A DNA stretch of 64,000 bases from Paramoeba atlantica (taxonomy: Eukaryota; Protista; Discosea), in NCBI GenBank assembly GCA_977017575.1, contig CDRNVI010000044.1:558001-622000 (forward strand). The letters run 5' to 3'. Positions 23,617-32,153 of the stretch are shown piece after piece. The notes under the pieces are model-generated. The model had not been told where the DNA came from. It made no database searches and saw only the letters and a program-made list of their open reading frames with translations. The translations under genes and the position numbers were made by a program. The first letter of the stretch is position 1, and the number at the start of each line of letters is the position of its first letter.

Positions 23617-23656
23617 GCAAACCCAGACAAATCTAGGCAAACCCAGGCAAACTCAG
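23617..23656 (+). repeat. Degenerate 10-bp repeat (gcaaacccag) x4; two more copies at ~21972-21991
   Basis: gcaaacccag acaaatctag gcaaacccag gcaaactcag read directly. Confidence 0.75.
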
Positions 23657-23899
23657 GTGGTTTCAGCTCATTAGTGTTCTACTCTTACTGCATGTTTATA
23701 TTACTTGTTGAGTTGTAAGCACCTTAGCTGAGATATTCTCAGCTAAGCTATTTTTCTCAGTGTTGGTTGGGTTGGTTGGTTGGTTAGATTACTTGTTTAG
23801 TATTGTCTACATGTCTCAAGACGAGATCCCCCAATTGATCCCAACTGACAATGTCCGAATAAGTCCTGCGATTGCTTTTAAGGAACTGTGCTCCATGTA

Positions 23900-24760
23900 G
23901 AGACCCAGAATTATCATCCGGGAAGGACTTCTCCATGTCTGACCCAGCGCTGTCTTGTTTGTAAAGGAACAGACTGACATGAATACAATCCTGGAGCGCG
24001 CCGCAGCCTGCGCTGGAAAAGGGGATACTGCGCGTGGCACGCAGACCACCAGAAGCGCTCTTGCAGCCATCCAGAGGGGTGAATTTAATTGTCGCGACGT
24101 CTCGTTCGTGGTGAAGTGCAATAATAATCCAAAATACTATAATAATCCGAAAGTGCAATAATAATGTGTAAAATGCAATAATAATCCGAAAGTGCAATAA
24201 TATACCGAAATGAAATAATAATCCAAAATGCAATAATAATCCGCACCCCCGTTTACGCTTCCGGGCATCGAGTCTGAAGGGGTAAGGCTAGGTGGTTATG
24301 GACCTTACTTTGCAAAATGGGAGCCGTCTTCCTTGCTGAGCGACTCCGCCACGAGGGTGCCTCTGTTGCTGTGGAGGAGCACGAGCTTCTCATGCTCGAT
24401 CAGGAAACCGACAAGCTCAACAAAATGATTGTGACTTGTCTAGCTCGACACAGTCGTGCCTTGACCCAAATTAATTGCCTTCATGCTCGAGTCGAAGAAG
24501 TCTCGGTCAAGCAGATGCCCTTCCGGAAAAGTGAGGGGGGTAACGGGAACTAAATCTTTATGGTAAAAAGTACGCTAAGGGGAGTTCATAGCAACCACGC
24601 CCGATGCTGCCCACCATACAAGTAACGCATAAAGTACCGGACTAGACAGTGGCGCTATAATTATGGAAAGTGCTCAATGGACTGTTGCGCTACAATGCGT
24701 GAAATATGGGTACAATAATGCGAAACGTAAAGAAGCAAGAGCATTTCATAAACCTCTTGA
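23900..24760 (+). mobile_element. Decayed piggyBac-like transposase remnant
   Basis: Across frameshifts: ..AGK.., VVMD/..FLAERLRHEG, CLH..R, GV(H)..(H)..Y..RIKYRTRQW..D..NA*. Order matches piggyBac DN.F/L..G, GGVD..D..Y..R..W..D..NA. Confidence 0.5.
24114..24243 (+). repeat. Minisatellite, about seven degenerate ~18-bp units (aaagtgcaataataatcc)
   Basis: Read directly from the sequence. Confidence 0.85.
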
Positions 24761-25876
24761 AGTGCATCGGCCACTACGGCAATCGACGAATTCCCATGTG
24801 AGCTACATTCATTGTAATTACTCCTTGCATGATCGGGATGTACCATGCACGGACGAAGTAGAAGTAGAAGGAGGAGAACCAGAAAGTAGAAAGTAATAGA
24901 TATCGTAGATTATAATTGAATCCGGAAAGTGGTATTCCGATTGCTACCAAGAAACTTTGATAGTCAATTGTCTTGGAAATCATACGTCGTCGAAAGTTGA
25001 AGGAACCCGAGACGGTCCAGAACTATATTTACGGCATAATGATTTGATTATTTCTTTCTTGCGCCATTTTTTATCCTTATACTGCCTGTTTTTATCCTTA
25101 TACTTTTGGAGACGAAATGGGGCGAAGTTCGTGAAATTCCAAGGAATGGAGACGAATCACGCAGCGGCGTAGGGGGGCAACAGTAAATCAGAATATGTAG
25201 ATTTATCGTTCCTTTTGAATCGGACGAAAAAGACAATCAACGTCAACGTTCTGTTAAGGCGAGAGAGGACAGAGAGCGATTGAAATCGCAATTTTGCTTC
25301 GCAGTATCTGCACCGCGCTAAAGAGGAGTGTGGTGTCAAATGCTGCGTTAAGAGTGGCTTCCCCCGAATGCCCCTAGTCGCGAAAGGTTAATCCAAACGC
25401 TGTTTCCGAAATAGTACAGATCAGTTCTATCAAATGAAAGCAATACATCAGACGAAAGAACCATGAAGCTTAACGAAGCATCTAGAAAACAATGGCCGCA
25501 GTTCATTTTTATGACCCTTTAATGGACTAAAAACAAGAAATAAATATAAGAGAGATTAGGGTGTCATAACTGGAAAGCAATGACACTTGACTCAAGTTAC
25601 AAACACTTGTCGCATCCATCTAAAGTCCATATAAATTCACCATAAAAATTGAGTCCCCAAAAATTGCTAACTTAGAAAAAAAGATGAACAATATGATACT
25701 TACCCTCTTATCTTAGGTAAAAGAAATACAAAATCATGTAGGTCAGTAGGTCATATGAAACGTCTATAGTTCAAAAAAAAAAGCTATTTAAACACGCTAA
25801 AACTTAAAATTGTTCATTGACAACCATTCTTTCAATTCTTTCACACGTCTCACGAGACACCCCCTTTTCTTTCTTC

Positions 25877-26323
25877 TTACGCCTGGGGGCACTCCCGAGC
25901 GAAGTGACCCGACTCGCCACACTTGAAGCAGTTGCCACCGCCACCGCCACGGCCGCGGCCTCCTCCGTATCCCCCGCGGGACCCGCCGCCGCCCTGGGGA
26001 CACTCGCGGCTGATGTGTCCCTGCTGGCCACAGTTGTAGCAGGAGCGGTTTCCGTAGCCCCCACCGCGCTGGCCGTCGCCCTGCTGGGCCTGGGGACACT
26101 CGCGGCTAATGTGTCCGTACTCGCCACAGTTGTAGCAGCGGAGGTTACCGCCCCCTCGGCTGGAGCTGTTGTTTCCACCCTCGGGGCAGTTACGCGCCAG
26201 GTGTCCCGTCTTCCCGCAGTTGTAGCAGGCACCGCCAGAGGAGCCAGAGTTGCCGCTATTGGTGGGGCACTCACGCGCTAAGTGGCCGGACTCTCCGCAG
26301 TTGTAACAGTTACCGCTGGACAT
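25877..26323 (-). CDS. Five-CCHC zinc-knuckle protein (UMSBP/CNBP family), copy B
   Basis: Same length (447 nt) and near-identical to 19015-19461, with a few substitutions. Confidence 0.93.
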   Translation of the reverse strand: MSSGNCYNCGESGHLARECPTNSGNSGSSGGACYNCGKTGHLARNCPEGGNNSSSRGGGNLRCYNCGEYGHISRECPQAQQGDGQRGGGYGNRSCYNCGQQGHISRECPQGGGGSRGGYGGGRGRGGGGGNCFKCGESGHFARECPQA

Positions 26324-26456
26324 GGAGGAGGGAGTAAAAGTGTAGGAAAAATCGGGGAGCTTGGCAGGAGGGAAAAAAGGTGGTGGATGTTCGAAACGAT
26401 TGAATTTGGTGAAGTGGTAAAAAATACAAAATAAATCATGATATTTTTGCGCGTCT

Positions 26457-27116
26457 TTAATCAAAATGGACGAACTCACTTCTGGCCTTACACTGGCCAT
26501 TTTTTCCTGTGATGTAGTCATCGGGTCCTAGTATAGACATGATGTTTGTGGCACGGAAGTACGTTCGTATTTGGTGTGAGTTCGAGCTTGTGTGCATGTC
26601 TGTATTCTTAGCATGTGATGCCATTTGTACATCATTGCCACCGTTAGGCAATTTTGTGACACTAATTCTAGATTCGACTTCGTTCTGCAGCGTTACTTCT
26701 TTGATGGGGTCTGCATCAGGCTTGCTCACTACTGCGGTATTCTCATTGGCAAATGGTTTTTCTACACCGGCGTGAGGTTGGGGTTTCTCTTGTGGCGTTG
26801 CTTCTTTGACAGTGTCGTACGTTTCTTCTTTCTGTTTGCTTTCCGCTTCAGAGGGCTTCGACTCAGAAGGAAAGTTATTATTGTTAACGTGTACCATTTC
26901 AGCCGGTAGCTTCCGTCGGATGGAAATGCGATCAAATCTGACTAGGGTATTGAGTTGTAAAGATGAAACTTTTTGATGCGACGCAACTTGTGTGTCTTCA
27001 AAACTTAATATTTCAGAGGCGGGTCCGTCGCAACGAATTTTCCCATATCCCTTTCTTCTGTAGATGATTCGTCCTGTCATGTACTGCAGTATTGGAGTGC
27101 TGCGAGTGATAGTCAT
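26457..27116 (-). CDS. Hypothetical protein with degenerate cold-shock/OB-like N-terminus
   Basis: [28 protein letters not shown] followed by a disordered tail. Confidence 0.55.
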   Translation of the reverse strand: MTITRSTPILQYMTGRIIYRRKGYGKIRCDGPASEILSFEDTQVASHQKVSSLQLNTLVRFDRISIRRKLPAEMVHVNNNNFPSESKPSEAESKQKEETYDTVKEATPQEKPQPHAGVEKPFANENTAVVSKPDADPIKEVTLQNEVESRISVTKLPNGGNDVQMASHAKNTDMHTSSNSHQIRTYFRATNIMSILGPDDYITGKNGQCKARSEFVHFD

Positions 27117-27590
27117 AAGTTTTTTATAAAATTATGTGCAACAAAAGATATTTCGAGATATTTTATTTCGAGAATACGGTAAAGAACTACTTGATTCTTC
27201 AAATTATCGAAAAAAAGGATCAATGCAGACGAATATGCTTGCTATCATTGTAGTCCAATAATTTCTGCCTCGCAAATGTCCATGCGAAAATATAGTACCA
27301 ACGTAAGATACCACTACCAATTGTACATGTACATAAACAAATTGTACATGTATTATTGTACATACATGTATACATGTATTATTGGGCATACAACACGTGG
27401 ACATACTGTAAGTAATCGTAAATTATTTACGATGGACTCTAAAACATGCATGTATGATGTGAAGTGTACTATATGATGTGAAGCGTATCCTTTTACAATA
27501 TTCATGGCACTGTAAAATTGAAAAAAAATGTATTGCGGCTACATTGCGCTTGCCAAATTGAAGATTCGTTATAGAGACATAATAAAGAGC

Positions 27591-28289
27591 TTAAGCGAGA
27601 AGAGCTGTTTTCTCAAAATGAAACCCAGAGAGCTCAAAGTTCGTACTCAGAGAATACGGTTCGGAAATGCGCATCCCATGTTCGAAAGAGGCATCAACCA
27701 TTTGAATACGATTCAAAGTTCGGCATTCCCGATAAAATAGCACTGTCATACAGCGCTCTAGCAAGTTGACCGCTTGTTCTTTTGTCTCCGGCACCCCGTT
27801 GGACTCAATTTGTGTGCGCAGCAACGGAACCGCCATATGCTGTCCAAAAACTGTCCCGGCACAATCGGCCTTCCAATGCGTACCCTTGTCATCTATCACA
27901 CCTAGAAAGCCTTGTTTTGGAAAACCATTGCAGGCAGTACTGGGAGAAGTAATAGGGGTACCAATTACTATAAAGGTGCAGAGCGCCGGCTGAAATTGAG
28001 AACGCTTCTCATAGAGAAGGCGTTGCATATAAGTGTAAATCTGTACAGGACCCATGGTATCACCCCTGCCTTCAAGCACCGCCTCGCGATATACCTCTTC
28101 GACGTCGGAAATTACGCTCTGAAAGTCGGCATAATCCCCACTAGCACACATCGCGGTGTTCTTACCCAGAAGAACACTACGAGGAGCATTGGGAATCTTC
28201 GCAAGGGAACCGTATGAAAGAAGAGTATCGGAGGCCATAAGTACACCCCCATTATACTTGACAGCAATAACACTACCACCCGAAGCCAT
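27591..28289 (-). CDS. PSMB4: 20S proteasome beta-7 subunit
   Basis: MASGGSVIAVKYNGGVLMASDTLLSYGSLAK, SGDYADFQ, LFYRECR. Confidence 0.93.
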   Translation of the reverse strand: MASGGSVIAVKYNGGVLMASDTLLSYGSLAKIPNAPRSVLLGKNTAMCASGDYADFQSVISDVEEVYREAVLEGRGDTMGPVQIYTYMQRLLYEKRSQFQPALCTFIVIGTPITSPSTACNGFPKQGFLGVIDDKGTHWKADCAGTVFGQHMAVPLLRTQIESNGVPETKEQAVNLLERCMTVLFYRECRTLNRIQMVDASFEHGMRISEPYSLSTNFELSGFHFEKTALLA

Positions 28290-28807
28290 TGTTTTGCCCG
28301 TAAATAAAAAAACTATCAATATAGGAAATCGATGATACTGTCCTCCTAGTGCTCAAACTTGATTCACATGTAGATAATTACTCAATAATAAGATCATAGA
28401 CGTTCAACTGCTTCAAAGGTACTACACATGCATGATTTTCGTAACAGAAATTAATTCTAAGGGAAAAATAATCTTGTGAGTAAAAGTCCATGATAATTAG
28501 AAATATTATCTTAACATCATAAGAATAGTAGTAAGATACTTGGAACTTCATAGTAAGATACTAGTACTTGGAATGAAGGAAATTCTATTGAGATCAATAA
28601 AGCAGTTGAAAAAACTAAATGAAATTTCGTGTAACACCGATATGTACATACCGTAGAAATTATCACGTCTCACGACGAATACTAATGAAGATTTCGCTTT
28701 TCATATTCATGTTGCGAAAAGAATTTTTTTTGCATGAAGTTTCTAAAACCTTATGTCTTCGGCTTGTCCTCTAAATATATTGTTGTATGGCTTTCAGTTC
28801 CAGTAGA

Positions 28808-29497
28808 CTAAATGGAGCTCTCGGACATGGCACGCTCATAATTTTCCGATATTTGCACCCAGTCAATAATTTTCCAAATCTCTTTCAAGTATTCAGCTCG
28901 ACGATTTTCAAAATCTTTGTAATACGCGTGCTCCCATACGTCAACAGTAAGTATCGGCCTAACGTTAGTTTCAGTAATTTGCGCATTTGAAGTGTTCACA
29001 ACGGAGAGCACTTTTGACTCCGGATTCACAACGAGCCAGGTCCACCCGCTACCAAAGTTGGCCATACCCATGTCATTAAAAGTAGATTGAAATTGATCTA
29101 AGGTAGGGAAGGATCGTTCGATGGCCGCTTTTAGGGAACCATTCGGCAAGGACCTACCTGCAGGAGTGAGACACTGCCAATAGAAACTATGGTTAAAATG
29201 CTGCGCTGCTTGGTTGTAAAGAACACCAGGAGAGACGTCGCGAATGATTTTCTCAATTGGTTGGTCATCGTACTTACTGTTTCCTGATGCAGGAAGAAGA
29301 GAATTTAGCTTGTCTACATAAGCTCGGTGATGTTTATTGTAGTGTAAATCAAGCTGCTTCTGAGAAAGTACAGGAGATAGTCCCTCCGCGATATCGAAAC
29401 GAAGAGTAGGGAGCGTGAAAGGAGCCCCTGACGGTTTTACCAGAGCTGGAAGACAGACGTACGGAGTAGTAAGGCACAAGAGTGAAGTATGCTTCAT
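28808..29497 (-). CDS. Iron superoxide dismutase, SODA-like (probably mitochondrial)
   Basis: LHYNKHHRAYVDKLN, AAQHFNHSFYW, FGSGWTWL, DVWEHAYY, plus a short N-terminal extension. Confidence 0.95.
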   Translation of the reverse strand: MKHTSLLCLTTPYVCLPALVKPSGAPFTLPTLRFDIAEGLSPVLSQKQLDLHYNKHHRAYVDKLNSLLPASGNSKYDDQPIEKIIRDVSPGVLYNQAAQHFNHSFYWQCLTPAGRSLPNGSLKAAIERSFPTLDQFQSTFNDMGMANFGSGWTWLVVNPESKVLSVVNTSNAQITETNVRPILTVDVWEHAYYKDFENRRAEYLKEIWKIIDWVQISENYERAMSESSI

Positions 29498-29591
29498 TGA
29501 AAAAATATGTGGTAACTAAAACGGAATGTTTCTGTCTGTGTAATTATCTGAATGAGTCCGAGAACCAGAGTTCGCCCAGAAGTGCGCTTAA

Positions 29592-30153
29592 ATGGGGGGG
29601 CTGAATTACTAAAAAAATATTAAATATTTTTCCGTCGTTTCGCTAAACGCGGTGGTTGTTTTCCACCTAGAAGGTACCACTACTGCGCGCTTCGCGTTGA
29701 AAACTACCTCCCCGTTTAACGAAGTGGCTAAAAAAGAAAAATTACCAAAAGAACATGAATGATCTATTTCTTTTAGGTGAAAACGTCCGATTTTTGGGCC
29801 TTTGCCAACGTTAACCCAATTTGGGGCCGTATTTGATGCATTACCAGTAGGGGCAGGAAACGTCTCGGGAAACAAATGTCGTAGAATGGTAGCTGAGGTC
29901 GCAAACTCTCAAAATACGTTTTTGTAGTCGATTTTGGAAATATATCGTTTTTAGCTTTTTTGGTCAATTTTTTTTTTAGACCACCCCCAAAGTTTCGAAC
30001 TCGGATCCAAGGTGTGAGGGTGGAAAATCATTGCTGTGGCATATTCTACAACTCCTTGCGCTCGATTTTGAAAAGCAAAAATCGAAATAAACGCTCGTGC
30101 CCACCACCATGGGCCCCCCCGATTTTTTCGATTTCGGACCACCGGAGCCCCCT
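29592..30153. mobile_element. Candidate TTAA-flanked non-autonomous element (Kolobok-like ends)
   Basis: TTAA|a(t)gggggggct at 29588 and agccccct|TTAA ending 30157. Only ~8-bp terminal match. Confidence 0.3.
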
Positions 30154-30441
30154 TTAATATTTTTTAGTTTATTATATTACTGTGTTGCTCTTTATATTTT
30201 CGCTCTTTTTTTTCACCTTTTTTTCAATAATCGAGCGGTAGTAGTATTAGAGCGGTAGTTATACAACCACCACAATAACTCTCCGTCGTGTTTTAAGTGA
30301 GGGGAGGGTACAGTCCATGTTGTATACTGCAGTGGTACTTCCTTAAGTGTATTGTACTGGTGAGTAAAAAATTGCTACATGGGCTTGACAAAAAAGAAAG
30401 GGTACAACATGTCACGACAGGATTCGTCCTCGCGGAAGCGA

Positions 30442-31053
30442 CTAATCTCCTTTCTTCGATTGGTTCTGAAGAACATTAATATTCGTATTGTCAACGTTTC
30501 GGTACGTTAATGTTTGAGGTATATTTTCCATGCACAAAGTACCACTTAATTCTTTGTTGTCCGAAATTTTCATACATTTAAGCTCGGATGGGAGACAAAG
30601 CAAATCCGCATGCCCAGTAAAGTCGTTGTCGCTCAAATTAAGTATCAATAGTTTGGGTGGAAGGTCACTAAAGTGTAGTGATCCCGAAAGTTTGTTGCTT
30701 CCCACGAAAAACTTTTCTAATGCACGTGGAAGCGATGATAGTTCAAGCGTTCCCTCAATTTCATTAACTAAAACATTAAAGCCTTTTACTGTTTTTGGTA
30801 TCCATTTCCAATCCAGCGTACCCCGCAGTTTGCGATTTGACCAATCTATGTGCACAACCTCACCATCATCGCATTTAACCCCATTCCATTCGCATGCAGG
30901 CGTATTCGTACTCCACGAGGAATGCTGGTTCTGTATACCTCGTGTGAGCTTTTCCAGCTGGTACTCTATCCGCAAATGAACACCACGTATTCTCCCGAGT
31001 CGAATGGATGGCGCATCATCGGCGGTTCGTGTACGGGGTATACATGTAGGCAT
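30442..31053 (-). CDS. Leucine-rich repeat protein of the expanded Perkinsela-type family
   Basis: ACEWNGVKC cap followed by LP..L..L.L..N.+.G repeats. TADD..LGR N-terminal motif. Confidence 0.85.
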   Translation of the reverse strand: MPTCIPRTRTADDAPSIRLGRIRGVHLRIEYQLEKLTRGIQNQHSSWSTNTPACEWNGVKCDDGEVVHIDWSNRKLRGTLDWKWIPKTVKGFNVLVNEIEGTLELSSLPRALEKFFVGSNKLSGSLHFSDLPPKLLILNLSDNDFTGHADLLCLPSELKCMKISDNKELSGTLCMENIPQTLTYRNVDNTNINVLQNQSKKGD

Positions 31054-32153
31054 CACCCCTTAAAACTGACCCTCTTAAAAAATGAAAACAAGTAGAGTTG
31101 CGGAAATTTTAATGAAGTAAAATAAAGGTCTTTTGAGAGTAACGGTACTCTACCCCCTATCCTAGCGTTGTCCGGTTGTAGAAAAAAGCACGCTAAGAAA
31201 AGGGGGGGGGGTAATAATCTCGTCATCATAACTAAATTTAGTACTCAGAGAGCAAGAATACTCAAAAACAGCCACATTTCTTCGGCGGTAAACGTGACTG
31301 TAGTTTTCAACGCGAAGCGCGCAGCAGTGATGACTAATACGTTGGAAGCAACCACCAAGTTATGCAAGTGGTCTTGCACATGAGATTGTTCAGCGATATG
31401 AAGATCTCGTTGTTCCTTATTGTTGATCTTCGATCGGGCCAAAAAAGTTACCCGTGCAATCACAAACTTCTTCTGAGCGAGGAAGAAGAGAAACGACTTG
31501 TAAGTTGCAACAAATTCGTTGTCCCAACCCAATAAATCTGCTCCAGAACATACACTGGATAATTGTGTATTCCGAAATGGGGACTCAAACTCTGACTCGA
31601 AATGACGTATTTATTTTTCCTGGCCGAGACGACAAATCAGAGGTGTCTAGTCAATACCTCCAAACCCGACGGCAATCCATGAAATGTAGAAGATCTACGA
31701 AATTAGGATCTTTTTATGAAAAGAAATGAGGTCTATTCTGACGCACTAAGTGTGAGGACAAACGTTTTTTAGCTATTTGTCCCATGGGGTAATTCGACAT
31801 TATTCATGAATAATATTATACGCACGAAGGAAGACCATGCCAAGCCGTACCCATGTGATTATCTTCTACAAATTATTAGCTTTCTAACAAAAATTCTTGG
31901 AACGATGTGCCGTATCATGATCCTTCTGGTCACTAACACCAAAACATCGTAGTTACGTACCAACATACACGTATGTATACATGTAGGTGAGACAGTTTTA
32001 CTCGTGACGTCCAAAGTCTATTGCGCACTAGCAAGGTTTGTTATTCATTAAATATAAAAATTCACTTTTTATTTACCACAATTTCAGTTTTGATCGTGCA
32101 AAATAAAATGGTCTCATCACGAAACCGATTTTTAAAGAAATCATCCGCATCGT

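Noticed and set aside
23784-24233. Minus-strand ORF with LHGAQF..SWDQLGDL, faintly R4-retroelement-like
   Set aside because: Starts in the minisatellite, and the + strand piggyBac reading explains the region better.
24114-24243. CRISPR-like array
   Set aside because: Contiguous degenerate units without unique spacers; eukaryotic context.
21237-25391. TTAAccttt ... aaaggTTAA as piggyBac ends
   Set aside because: Only 5 bp match beyond TTAA; too short for a TIR call.
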